Positions 1 to 8,606 of a DNA stretch of 24,000 nt are shown here, piece by piece (the stretch's first letter is position 1; each line of letters opens with the position of its first letter). A model generated the notes under the pieces. That model saw only the letters and a list, made by a program, of their open reading frames with translations, searched no databases and had not been told where the DNA came from. The position numbers and the translations under genes are program-made. The stretch is from Candidatus Desulfofervidaceae bacterium (lineage in GTDB: Bacteria > Desulfobacterota > Desulfofervidia > Desulfofervidales > Desulfofervidaceae): assembly GCA_027064585.1 (NCBI GenBank), contig JAMOPI010000036.1, forward strand, positions 41,777 through 65,776, written 5' to 3'.

Positions 1-618
1 GTAGATTTGGGCGGAGGCACTACAGACATTACCGTATTTGCCGATAACAGCATCAGACACGCGGCTATCTTGGCTGTAGGTGGTACTAATGTCACCAACG
101 ATATTGCCTTTGGGCTTCGCACTCCCTTTTCAGAGGCCGAAAAGATTAAGTTGAAGTATGGAATTGCCACTTCTTCTTTGATTGAGGAAGAGGAAGAAAT
201 TGAAATCCACAACGTGGGGGATAAGCGGGTAAGAAAGATCTCGCGTTCAGTTCTCGCCCAAATTATTGAGCCCAGAGTAGAAGAGATTTTGGGCCTAGTA
301 GATCATGAGCTTATTCAAAAGGATTTAAAGGACATGATTGCTTCGGGCGTAGTGATTACAGGTGGTTCTTCCCTTTTACCAGGCCTTGTTGAGTTGGCCG
401 AACAAATCTTTGGCCTTCCTACCCGGATTGGCTATACCAGGGGAGTAGGTGGTCTTTCTGATGTCACTCGCAATCCCATGTACGCCACAGCCGTGGGCCT
501 AGTAAAATATGGATTTAAAGCCCAGGGTGGAGGGGAGTTTTATAGTAGCTACCGAAAGCGTAGTACATGGCAAAGATTTATTGAAGGTATTAAAAGATGG
601 TTTAAAGAAGCCTTTTAA
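1..618 (+). CDS. ftsA: Cell division protein FtsA, C-terminal part (5' end lies outside the window)
   Basis: The frame is open from nt 1 (VDLGGGTTDITVF...), so the TTG at 7 is an ORF-caller artefact. It shows an actin/Hsp70-fold phosphate-2 type motif (DLGGGTTD), sits directly upstream of ftsZ, and ends in an amphipathic C-terminal tail (WQRFIEGIKRWFKEAF). Confidence 0.9.
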   Translation, partial: VDLGGGTTDITVFADNSIRHAAILAVGGTNVTNDIAFGLRTPFSEAEKIKLKYGIATSSLIEEEEEIEIHNVGDKRVRKISRSVLAQIIEPRVEEILGLVDHELIQKDLKDMIASGVVITGGSSLLPGLVELAEQIFGLPTRIGYTRGVGGLSDVTRNPMYATAVGLVKYGFKAQGGGEFYSSYRKRSTWQRFIEGIKRWFKEAF

Positions 619-633
619 TGAAGGAGGAAAATT

Positions 634-1782
634 ATGCGGATAGATTTAATAGAAGAGAATTTAACGGCTAAAATTAAAGTGATTGGTGTTGGCGGAGCGG
701 GTGGAAACGCCATTAATAATATGATTGCTTCTGGGCTAAAAAATGTCAATTTTATTGCCGCTAATACCGATCTGCAGGCCTTAGAGGCCAATCAGGCTCC
801 TATCAAGATCCAATTAGGCCCCAATGTTACCCGTGGCCTTGGGGCAGGGGCAAAACCAGAGATAGGCCGTCAGGCTGCCATGGAAAGTGTGGATCAGATA
901 AAAGAAGTATTAGAAGGTAGCGATATGGTCTTTATTACGGCCGGCATGGGAGGTGGTACAGGCACAGGGGCAGCCCCGGTTATAGCCCAGATTAGTAAGG
1001 AAATAGGGGCGCTTACCGTAGCTGTCGTTACAAAACCATTTAGGTTTGAGGGCAAAAAGCGCCTAGAAATTGCCTTAAATGGCATTGAACAATTAAAAGA
1101 AGTGGTAGACACCATCATCACCATTCCTAATGACCGCCTCTTTACTTCCTTACAAAAGACCCCTACCCTCATTCAGGCCTTTAAAAAGGCCGATGAGGTG
1201 CTTTACTATGCCGTTAAGGGTATTGCTGACTTGATTACTATTCCTGGGCTAATCAATGTGGACTTTGCCGATGTACGCACGATTATGGAAGAAAAGGGAT
1301 TGGCCCTCATGGGTACTGGTACGGCTAGTGGTGAAAATCGGGCGGTAGAGGCTGCCCAAAAGGCCATTAACAGTCCTCTCTTAGAGGATGTTTCCATTAA
1401 AGGAGCCAAGGGAGTGTTGATGAATATTACCGCCTCATCTGACATGACCCTGGAAGAAGTAGAGGCGGCCTCAAGCCTTATCTATGAAGAGGCGGCTGAG
1501 GATGCCAACATCATTTGGGGCACGGTCATTGATGACAATATTGGCGATAAGATGATGATCACCGTCATTGCTACAGGCATAAACAGGGATGCCAGCCAAG
1601 TAAAGCAAAAGGTGGAAAAACCTACTCAGGATGTTCCTTCCATTGAAGAATTTAAGGCCATCAAGGCAAAAGGCAAGGAGGTGAAAGAAAAAAAAGAAAA
1701 GAAGCAACGCAAGATCTTCCGTCTTCCTTTAGACGAAGACGATTTAGACATCCCTACCTTCATCCGCAAGCGGATGGATTGA
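634..1782 (+). CDS. ftsZ: Cell division GTPase FtsZ
   Basis: It has the tubulin signature GGGTGTGAAPVIA, the N-terminal VIGVGGAGGNA motif, and the conserved C-terminal peptide DDLDIPTFIRKR. A strong RBS (GAAGGAGGA) lies 6 nt upstream of the ATG. Confidence 0.97.
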   Translation: MRIDLIEENLTAKIKVIGVGGAGGNAINNMIASGLKNVNFIAANTDLQALEANQAPIKIQLGPNVTRGLGAGAKPEIGRQAAMESVDQIKEVLEGSDMVFITAGMGGGTGTGAAPVIAQISKEIGALTVAVVTKPFRFEGKKRLEIALNGIEQLKEVVDTIITIPNDRLFTSLQKTPTLIQAFKKADEVLYYAVKGIADLITIPGLINVDFADVRTIMEEKGLALMGTGTASGENRAVEAAQKAINSPLLEDVSIKGAKGVLMNITASSDMTLEEVEAASSLIYEEAAEDANIIWGTVIDDNIGDKMMITVIATGINRDASQVKQKVEKPTQDVPSIEEFKAIKAKGKEVKEKKEKKQRKIFRLPLDEDDLDIPTFIRKRMD

Positions 1783-1791
1783 AGAAATTAG

Positions 1792-3561
1792 ATGCCCTGG
1801 CCTTTAAGAGAGTTTTATCAGCGGCGTTTAAAGAGGGAAAAGGGCAATGTTTGGGTTAAGGATTGGGGAGGTAGGCTTCGCATTGCCCTGGCCTACCCCA
1901 ATGTCTATGCCGTAGGCATGTCCAATTTAGGTTTTCAAAGTGTCTATGGCATCCTCAATCAACGCCGTGATGTTGTTTGTGAGCGCGTCTTCTTACCAGA
2001 TCCAGAAGAGGAAGCCCTTTTAAAAAAATATAATTCCCCTCTTCTTTCTTATGAATCCCAAAGACCACTTAAGGAATTTGACCTTCTTGTTTTATCCATT
2101 TCCTTTGAAAATGACTACTTGAATGTTCTAAAGATCCTTCACCTTTCAGATATCCCCCTAAGAGCTAAAGAGCGGGATTCGTCCTTGCCCCTAATTGGGG
2201 CTGGTGGCGTGGCTACTTGGCTTAATCCCGAACCTTTAACTCCATTTTTAGACTTTTTCCTCATTGGTGAGGCTGAGGCCTTTTTAGATAAATTTTTAGA
2301 TAACTATTTTAAATACGCTGACCAAGAAAAAGATATCCTTTTGCAGCGTTTAGCACAATCTACCCCAGGTGTCTACGTCCCTACTGGTTACACCCCGGTG
2401 TATAAAAGTGATGGCATTCTAAAAGAGATTTTAGTCAAAGACGGCTTTCCCTTTCCCATTGTTAAACAACGGCTTAAGGATCTTCATGCTTCGGCCGCCC
2501 ACAGTCAGATTATTACTCCAGAAACCGAATTTTCCCAAATGTTTTTAATTGAGATAGAACGGGGATGCTTTCATGGTTGTCGTTTTTGTGGGGCCGGTTA
2601 CATCTACCGTCCTCCTCGTATGCGTCCCCTACCCTCTCTCCTAAAGACTATTGCGGCGGGTTTAAAATTCAGTTCCAAAATAGGCCTAATCGGGGCAGCC
2701 ATAAACGATTATCCCCACTTGGACCGGCTCCTAAAGTTTATCTTAGATCAAGGGGCCGTTTTTTCTGTTTCTTCCCTGCGGGCCGATAGGCTTAATGAAG
2801 AGTTACTTTCAGCCTTAAAAAGATGCCATCACAAGACCATTACCATAGCGCCCGAGGCCGGCACTCAAAGGCTGAGGAATGTAGTTAATAAAGGACTTTC
2901 TGAAGAGCAAATTTTACAGGCCGCAGCCCTGGTGTCTAAATTTGGCTTTAAGACCCTAAAACTTTACTTTATCATCGGACTGCCTACCGAAACTCAGACC
3001 GATTTAGAGGGCATCGTGGAACTCATAAAAAAGACGAAGAAGGTAATGCTAGCTGTGCATCATGGGCGTTTCTGCCCCCATATTCATTTAAGTGTGGCCT
3101 CTTTTGTGCCCAAACCCTTTACGCCCTTTCAGTGGCATTCCATGGACAGTGTGGAGAATTTAAAAAAGAAAATGAAGTGGTTAAAGACTGCTTTAAAAAA
3201 AGAAAAAGGGATAAGCGTAACTTGTGATTTGCCTAAGTGGGCTTATACCCAGGCCCTTCTCGCCCGTGGGGATAGACGAACCGGGAACATCCTTTATATG
3301 GCCTTTAAATACGGATGGCAGAAGGCCTTTAAATCAAGTGTTGTCAATCCAGACTTTTTTGTCTTACGGGAAAGAGAAAAAGAAGAGATGTTTCCTTGGG
3401 AGATTATTTCTCACGGCTTAAAGAAAGAATTTCTTTATGAAGAATATCAGCGTGCTCTTAAAGGCCAACCTTCTCTTTCCTGTCCGATGAAACAAGAATG
3501 TAGCTGGTGTGGAGTGTGTAAAAAAGCGAGCAGGGACAATACCCCACCCGCTTTGAGCTAA
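1792..3561 (+). CDS. Radical SAM protein with an N-terminal B12-binding-like domain; specific function unknown
   Basis: It carries the CxxxCxxC cluster CFHGCRFCGAGY. The N-terminal region (LRIALAYPNVYAVGMSNLGFQ) is typical of B12-binding-domain radical SAM proteins. The C-terminal tail is Cys-rich (CPMKQECSWCGVCKK). The gene starts 9 nt after the ftsZ stop. Confidence 0.8.
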   Translation: MPWPLREFYQRRLKREKGNVWVKDWGGRLRIALAYPNVYAVGMSNLGFQSVYGILNQRRDVVCERVFLPDPEEEALLKKYNSPLLSYESQRPLKEFDLLVLSISFENDYLNVLKILHLSDIPLRAKERDSSLPLIGAGGVATWLNPEPLTPFLDFFLIGEAEAFLDKFLDNYFKYADQEKDILLQRLAQSTPGVYVPTGYTPVYKSDGILKEILVKDGFPFPIVKQRLKDLHASAAHSQIITPETEFSQMFLIEIERGCFHGCRFCGAGYIYRPPRMRPLPSLLKTIAAGLKFSSKIGLIGAAINDYPHLDRLLKFILDQGAVFSVSSLRADRLNEELLSALKRCHHKTITIAPEAGTQRLRNVVNKGLSEEQILQAAALVSKFGFKTLKLYFIIGLPTETQTDLEGIVELIKKTKKVMLAVHHGRFCPHIHLSVASFVPKPFTPFQWHSMDSVENLKKKMKWLKTALKKEKGISVTCDLPKWAYTQALLARGDRRTGNILYMAFKYGWQKAFKSSVVNPDFFVLREREKEEMFPWEIISHGLKKEFLYEEYQRALKGQPSLSCPMKQECSWCGVCKKASRDNTPPALS

Positions 3562-3584
3562 TTAAATTTTGAGCTAATTAAATA
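3553..3584. repeat. Tandem 16-bp direct duplication (TTGAGCTAATTAAAT +1 nt, two copies, 15/16 identical)
   Basis: Read directly: 3553-3568 is ttgagctaattaaatt and 3569-3584 is ttgagctaattaaata. Copy 1 contains the radical SAM stop codon (3559-3561). Copy 2 contains the glnA stop codon (3578-3580, - strand). Confidence 0.85.
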
Positions 3585-4993
3585 TCGTAATACAGAGCGA
3601 ATTCCCAAGGATGAGGACGTAACTTAATGGCGTTGACTTCATTCTCTATCTTCCATTCAATCCATTTCTCAATGACATCCTCGGTGAAGACATTGCCCTT
3701 TAAGAGGAACTCATGATCCTCTTCTAAGGCCTTCAGTGCCTCTTCTAAAGAACCAGGCGTAGATGGCACATTGGCCAATTCCTCAGGACTTAAGGAATAG
3801 ATGTCTTTGTCAAGAGGTTCACCGGGATCAATCCTATTTTCAATACCATCTAATCCAGCCATTAACATAGCGGCAAAGGCAAGATAGCCATTGCAAGTAG
3901 GATCAGGAAATCTTACCTCAATTCTTTTTGCCTTAGGAGAAGGAGAATACATAGGAATTCTAACGGCTGCGCTTCTGTTTCGGCTACTATAAGCAAGATT
4001 TACTGGGGCTTCAAAGCCAGGTACTAACCGCTTGTAGGAATTGGTTGTAGGATTGGTAAAGGCACAAAGGGCAGGAGCATGCTTTAAGATACCACCAATG
4101 TAATAAAGAGCTAACTCACTTAATCCACCATACTTATCACCAGCAAAAAGGGGCTGTCCGTCTTTCCATAAGCTTTGATGTGTGTGCATACCAGAACCGT
4201 TGTCATTAAAGATAGGCTTAGGCATAAAGGTAACGGTAAATCCATTTTGTATTGCTACATTTTTGATGACATACTTATATTTCATCAAGTTATCACCCAT
4301 TTGTACCAGGGGAGCAAAGCGCACGCCTATTTCTGCCTGGCCAGCAGTGGCCACCTCATGGTGCTGACATTCAACCTGAACACCAAGCTCTTCCAGCTTT
4401 AAAACCATCTCTGTTCTCAAATCCTGAAAATAGTCAACAGGAGGCACAGGGAAATAGCCCTCTTTATATCTGGGCTTGTAACCCAAATTAGGGTTTTCTT
4501 CCCGTCCACTATTCCAACGGCCTTCAATAGAATCAATGAAATAATAACCACAGTGCTCATTCTGCTCAAAACGGATATCATCAAAGATGAAAAACTCGGC
4601 TTCTGGACCAAAGTAGGCTGTATCGGCAATACCTGTAGACTTTAAATAAGCTTCGGCCTTCTGGGCAATATAGCGAGGATCCCGAGTATAAGGCTCTCTG
4701 GTGATAGGGTCTACAACGTTGCAAATAAAGCTTACGGTAGGCTCTTCACAGAATGGATCCATGAAAACCGTATTAGGATCAGGCACAACAACCATATCAC
4801 TAGCATTGATAGCCTGCCATCCACGGATACTAGAGCCATCAAAACCAAGGCCTTCCTCAAAAACACTTTCATCTAGGCACCGAATAGGAATAGAAAAGTG
4901 CTGCCAGGTACCAAGAAAATCACAGAATTTTACATCTACCATCTTTGCTCCATGTTTCTTCGCAAATTCTAATGCCTCCTTAGGTGTCATCAC
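3578..4993 (-). CDS. glnA: Glutamine synthetase, type I
   Basis: A 471-aa ORF with GS-I hallmarks along its whole length (e.g. [49 protein letters not shown]). The RBS AAGGAGG lies upstream of the ATG. Confidence 0.96.
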   Translation of the reverse strand: MMTPKEALEFAKKHGAKMVDVKFCDFLGTWQHFSIPIRCLDESVFEEGLGFDGSSIRGWQAINASDMVVVPDPNTVFMDPFCEEPTVSFICNVVDPITREPYTRDPRYIAQKAEAYLKSTGIADTAYFGPEAEFFIFDDIRFEQNEHCGYYFIDSIEGRWNSGREENPNLGYKPRYKEGYFPVPPVDYFQDLRTEMVLKLEELGVQVECQHHEVATAGQAEIGVRFAPLVQMGDNLMKYKYVIKNVAIQNGFTVTFMPKPIFNDNGSGMHTHQSLWKDGQPLFAGDKYGGLSELALYYIGGILKHAPALCAFTNPTTNSYKRLVPGFEAPVNLAYSSRNRSAAVRIPMYSPSPKAKRIEVRFPDPTCNGYLAFAAMLMAGLDGIENRIDPGEPLDKDIYSLSPEELANVPSTPGSLEEALKALEEDHEFLLKGNVFTEDVIEKWIEWKIENEVNAIKLRPHPWEFALYYDI

Positions 4994-5181
4994 AAACCTC
5001 CTTTGCTATTTTTTAACCCTTTTAAACACAGAAAAAATGCCCAGAATGTTCCCTAAAAATCTAGCTTTTAAAGCTAAAAATTTACAAAATTGTTAAAATA
5101 CGTACATTTTTGGAAATTCTCCTCTTTAGGTTAAGTAACTTTTGTTTCAAGCTGACTGACAATGTTACAAAACTCTTAACT

Positions 5182-6831
5182 TTAAAGTCTTTTTAATAGA
5201 TAATCCGTATACCTCTGCACAATAGGATAACGACGACCGTAGCCAAAGGCCTTGGTGGTAATTTTTAGTCCAGGAGGAGCCTGTTTGCGTTTATACTCAT
5301 TTTTATCTACCCTTCTGATGACTTCTTTTACAGTAGAAACAGGAAATCCCATCTCTATAATTTCGGTAACGCTGCGTCGGTTTTCAATATATTCCTTTAA
5401 AATGGCGTCTAAAACAGAATAAGGAGGCAGATCATCTTCATCCTTTTGGTTGGGCCTTAATTCGGCCGATGGTGGTTTGGTCAATATCCGATTAGGAATT
5501 ATTTCATTTTGCCGGTTAATATATTTAGCTAGGCGATAGACAAGAGTCTTAGGGACATCGGAAATAACGGCCAGACCTCCAGTAAGATCACCATATAGAG
5601 TACAGTAACCTACGGCCATTTCTGATTTGTTTCCAGTAGAAAGCACTAGATAACCAAACTTATTACTTAAGGCCATAAGAATATTGCCTCGGATGCGGGC
5701 TTGAATATTTTCCTCAGTCGCATTCCAAGGTAGATCGTCAAACATTGGTTTTAAGGAATTTAGATAGGTTTTAAAGATTTCTGTAATGGGGATGATTTCG
5801 TACCGAATACCTAAAATTTTAGCCAACTGAGCCGCATCCTCTAAACTGGTCTTAGAGGTATAGGGAGAAGGCATAGCTACACCTAAAACATTCTCTTTAC
5901 CGAAGGCCTTTACAGCAATATATGCGACCAGCGAACTATCCACACCTCCACTTAAGCCCACAACGGCCTTTTTAAAACCTGATTTATACGCATAATCCCG
6001 TGTTCCCATAATCAGGGCATCTAAAATTTCTGCTTCTTCCTGTGGAAATTTAGGAATAATACCACCTGACATTTTCATTTCTACTATGAGTAAGTCTTCA
6101 GAAAATGCCTTGGCCTGAGCCAAAAAGGTCTTATCAGGCAAGGCAATCGTGCTGTTGCCGTCATAGATGACATCGTCGTTTCCCCCCACTTGATTGACAT
6201 AGATAATGGGAAATCCGTATTTACAGGCCAAAAAACTAAGCATCTTCTGACGAAAGGCAGGTTTGCCAATGTGGTAAGGAGAAGCAGAGATATTTATAAG
6301 CATATCTATCTTTTGTTTGGCCAATTGTTCTACTGGGTCTAAAGTATATTGCCTACGTGAAAAGAGATCTTTGTCATTCCAAATGTCCTCACAGATAGTA
6401 AGACCCCATTTAAGCCCTTGCCATTCAAAAGAAGTTGGTCTTTGGCCAGGCGCAAAGTACCTAGTTTCATCAAAGATATCATAGCTAGGGAGAAGCATTT
6501 TATGGGCACGCGCCAGAATTTGACCGTCTTTAAAAAAGACAGCCGTATTTAAAAGAGGCTTGGCATGATCCTGGTAGCGTTCCACACACCCACAAATAAC
6601 GCCAATACCCTTTGTTTCTCTTACCAAGCCTTCTAGAACTTCTAGACTGTGACTGACGAAGGCATCTCTTTCTAAAAGGTCTTTGGGCGGATAGCCTATA
6701 AGTGTAAGTTCAGGGAAAATAATTAAATCGGCTTCCTTCTCTTTTGCTTCCTTAATAAAATGAGAAATTTTTTCTAAATTATAGTCAAAGGCCCCAATGA
6801 TAGGATTGGTTTGACCAATGGCAATTTTCAT
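5182..6831 (-). CDS. nadE: Glutamine-dependent NAD+ synthetase (N-terminal CN-hydrolase/glutaminase domain plus C-terminal NAD synthetase domain)
   Basis: A 549-aa ORF. The N-terminal half is nitrilase-like (FPELTLIGYPPKDL, ICEDIW). The C-terminal half carries the PP-loop GLSGGVDSS. Its start directly abuts the hisF stop. Confidence 0.93.
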   Translation of the reverse strand: MKIAIGQTNPIIGAFDYNLEKISHFIKEAKEKEADLIIFPELTLIGYPPKDLLERDAFVSHSLEVLEGLVRETKGIGVICGCVERYQDHAKPLLNTAVFFKDGQILARAHKMLLPSYDIFDETRYFAPGQRPTSFEWQGLKWGLTICEDIWNDKDLFSRRQYTLDPVEQLAKQKIDMLINISASPYHIGKPAFRQKMLSFLACKYGFPIIYVNQVGGNDDVIYDGNSTIALPDKTFLAQAKAFSEDLLIVEMKMSGGIIPKFPQEEAEILDALIMGTRDYAYKSGFKKAVVGLSGGVDSSLVAYIAVKAFGKENVLGVAMPSPYTSKTSLEDAAQLAKILGIRYEIIPITEIFKTYLNSLKPMFDDLPWNATEENIQARIRGNILMALSNKFGYLVLSTGNKSEMAVGYCTLYGDLTGGLAVISDVPKTLVYRLAKYINRQNEIIPNRILTKPPSAELRPNQKDEDDLPPYSVLDAILKEYIENRRSVTEIIEMGFPVSTVKEVIRRVDKNEYKRKQAPPGLKITTKAFGYGRRYPIVQRYTDYLLKRL

Positions 6832-7611
6832 CTACCATACCATCCTTACTTTTACACCTTTGTTATGGAGATATTTCTTAATTTCTCGGATGGTATATGT
6901 GCCATAGTGTACCATAGAGGCAATTAAGGCGGCATCCGCCTTGGCCGTGGTAAGGACCTCATAAAGATGTTCAGGCACCCCTGCCCCACCAGAGGCAATA
7001 ACTGGGATAGAGACATTTTCAGAGATGAGCTTGGTTAAATTAACTTCATAACCTGCCTGTGTTCCATCGGCATCAATAGAGTTCAAACAAATTTCACCAG
7101 CACCTAAGTTTTCGGCCTCTTTTGCCCACCACAAGGCATCTATACCTGTATAGGTTCGGCCACCGTGGATGACGATTTCATAACCAGAAGGAATTTTTTC
7201 GGTAGGAGTAACTTTTTTAACATCCATGCCTAAAACAATACACTGACTTCCAAAGGCCTTTGCCCCTTCTTCTATAATTTTGGGATTTAACACGGCCGCG
7301 GTGTTTACACTTACCTTCTCTGCCCCAGCGAGGAGCACCCGCCGCATATCGTCTAGGGTACGCACACCTCCACCGACAGAAAAGGGAATAAATATCTGTT
7401 GGGCCACCTTTTCTACAACATCTATCATAATATCCCGATATTCAGCCGAGGCTGTGATATCATAAAAGACGATTTCATCGGCCCCTTCTTCGTAATAAAC
7501 CTTAGCCATTTCCACCGGATCACCCACATCTACGTTATTTCTAAACTTAATGCCCTTAGTGGTGCGTCCGTTCTTAACATCTAGACAAACAATAATGCGT
7601 TTACTAAGCAT
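6832..7611 (-). CDS. hisF: Imidazole glycerol phosphate synthase, cyclase subunit HisF
   Basis: A 259-aa ORF with the typical HisF sequence ([12 protein letters not shown]..., [25 protein letters not shown]). It directly abuts hisH and nadE. Confidence 0.96.
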   Translation of the reverse strand: MLSKRIIVCLDVKNGRTTKGIKFRNNVDVGDPVEMAKVYYEEGADEIVFYDITASAEYRDIMIDVVEKVAQQIFIPFSVGGGVRTLDDMRRVLLAGAEKVSVNTAAVLNPKIIEEGAKAFGSQCIVLGMDVKKVTPTEKIPSGYEIVIHGGRTYTGIDALWWAKEAENLGAGEICLNSIDADGTQAGYEVNLTKLISENVSIPVIASGGAGVPEHLYEVLTTAKADAALIASMVHYGTYTIREIKKYLHNKGVKVRMVW

Positions 7612-8241
7612 TTATGGTCTCCACTGACAAAAATTTTCTAAAATTTGAAGACCTGGTTTTCCACTCTTTTCAGGATGAAATTGCACAGCTACCAGCCCCC
7701 GATGGGCCACTACAGACACAAACTTAACGCCATAATCTGTAATCCCATAGATTAATTCTGTATATTTGGGTACAGGATGATAGCTGTGCACGAAATAAAA
7801 TTCGGCTCTTGGATCTATATTAGAAAAGACTGGATGGGGCTTAATTAGTTTTACACTATTCCACCCCATGTGGGGTACCTTAAGGCGCTCTTTAGTTTTA
7901 GGATCAATCAAGGGATCAGGAAAGGCCTTAACCGTACCTGGCAATATGCCCAAACACTCTGTGCCTCCCTCTTCACTCCTTTCAAAGATAATCTGAGTGC
8001 CCAAACAGATACCTAAAAGGGGAATTTTTCTTTTGTAGACCTCCTTTAACACCTCGGCCATGCCCGTTTTCTTCAAATCCTCCATGGCCGAAACAGCCGC
8101 TCCTACGCCCGGAAAGATCACCCGATCAGCGGCTAGCACTTCTTGAGGATCTGCCGTAATAACTGCCTCATAACCCAGATGACCAAGGGCCCTCTTTACG
8201 CTCGTTAAGTTACCTGCTTTATAGTCAATGATCGCAATCAT
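7612..8241 (-). CDS. hisH: Imidazole glycerol phosphate synthase, glutamine amidotransferase subunit HisH
   Basis: A class-I GATase with the nucleophile motif GICLGTQ and the C-terminal HPEKS. I moved the start from the track's TTG (8253) to the ATG at 8241 (MIAIIDYKAGN), which is preceded by GAGGT 5 nt upstream. Confidence 0.93.
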   Translation of the reverse strand: MIAIIDYKAGNLTSVKRALGHLGYEAVITADPQEVLAADRVIFPGVGAAVSAMEDLKKTGMAEVLKEVYKRKIPLLGICLGTQIIFERSEEGGTECLGILPGTVKAFPDPLIDPKTKERLKVPHMGWNSVKLIKPHPVFSNIDPRAEFYFVHSYHPVPKYTELIYGITDYGVKFVSVVAHRGLVAVQFHPEKSGKPGLQILENFCQWRP

Positions 8242-8268
8242 AATCAACCTCAAAGTTTTTATCTTTGT

Positions 8269-8297
8269 GTTGTAATAAATTAGTTAAGAGAAGTCAA
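8269..8297 (-). promoter_or_regulatory. Candidate sigma70-type promoter for hisH-hisF-nadE (TTGACT, 17 nt spacer, TACAAC)
   Basis: On the - strand the -35 TTGACT is at 8297-8292 and the -10 TACAAC is at 8274-8269, with an exact 17-nt spacer, about 28 nt upstream of the hisH ATG. This is a pattern match only. Confidence 0.35.
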
Positions 8298-8353
8298 CAC
8301 CCAAAATCTGCGCTTCTCCTACAAGAAACATCGCAAGTGGGCTATGATAAATT

Positions 8354-8556
8354 TGTAGAGGCCTTTTTCTTCAAGGTTCAATTATAATCGTAACGCCTTC
8401 GCCCGCTTAGCAGTCAAAGCCAAGCCCAAAGGGCGCAGCTTATGCCAAAGGGCAGGTCGCAGCGAGTAGCAAATGAAGAACCTTGACAGTATAAGCGAGG
8501 TCCTGGCATATGATTCTTTAAGAAGGAGTAATTCTGTTGTTCCTTCTTAATTTTTT
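8354..8556 (+). ncRNA. Candidate unassigned small RNA or structured element. The 5' end is uncertain and the family was not recognised.
   Basis: The patch is locally GC-rich (about 8395-8470) inside an AT-rich intergenic region. It contains short hairpins GCCC-AAA-GGGC and TGCC-AAAG-GGCA and a long-range pairing tcaaggttc/gaaccttga. It ends in a + strand intrinsic terminator. There is no + strand ORF and no convincing promoter. Confidence 0.2.
8520..8556 (+). terminator. Intrinsic terminator-like hairpin with a T-tract on the + strand
   Basis: The stem is aagaaggagtaa (8520-8531) paired with ttgttccttctt (8537-8548): 12 bp including two G-U pairs, with a 5-nt loop, followed by aattttttc. On the - strand (downstream of mgtE) the same hairpin has no U-tract, so its polarity favours the + strand. 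Confidence 0.5.
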
Positions 8557-8606
8557 CTCCTCTCAAATATCCTTTTCCCAAAAATCAATCACGGATTTGG
8601 GAGCAT

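Noticed and set aside
894-1707. Three - strand ORFs (894-1172, 1206-1445, 1471-1707) lying antisense inside ftsZ
   Set aside because: They lie entirely within a very well supported gene on the other strand. Their low-complexity, odd composition is typical of antisense frames, and they have no RBS or family resemblance.
2565-3421. Same-strand alternative-frame ORFs (2565-2789, 3224-3421) inside the radical SAM gene
   Set aside because: They are out-of-frame overlaps with a coherent 589-aa ORF. Their translations are Ser/Pro/Arg/Leu-rich nonsense.
5027-5044. Sigma54-like element upstream of glnA (- strand CTGGGCATTTTTTCTGTG)
   Set aside because: A GG is present, but the -12 element reads TGT instead of the required GC at the correct spacing. 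It is too weak to call without a scoring matrix or an enhancer-binding-protein site.
4175-5096. ORFs 4175-4402, 4182-4367, 4417-4629 and 4701-5096, overlapping glnA and its leader
   Set aside because: They are antisense or alternative-frame relative to glnA and show no recognisable motifs. ORF 4701-5096 merely runs out of glnA antisense into the intergenic region.
6084-7584. Short ORFs within nadE and hisF (6084-6269 -, 7280-7465 +, 7399-7584 +)
   Set aside because: They overlap strongly supported genes in other frames or on the other strand and show no independent signals.
8254-8606. Assigning the mgtE-hisH spacer to a named RNA family (SRP, 6S, RNase P, tmRNA, T-box, his attenuator, yybP-ykoY)
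   Set aside because: The hallmark strings are absent: no GGAAGCAGC-type SRP helix 8, no GAGGAAAGTCC, no tmRNA ends, no T-box sequence, and no His-codon leader peptide. GAGTAGC and TTGACA, both found in yybP-ykoY, do occur, but only about 14 nt apart rather than on opposite halves of that fold. The region is kept only as an unassigned candidate.
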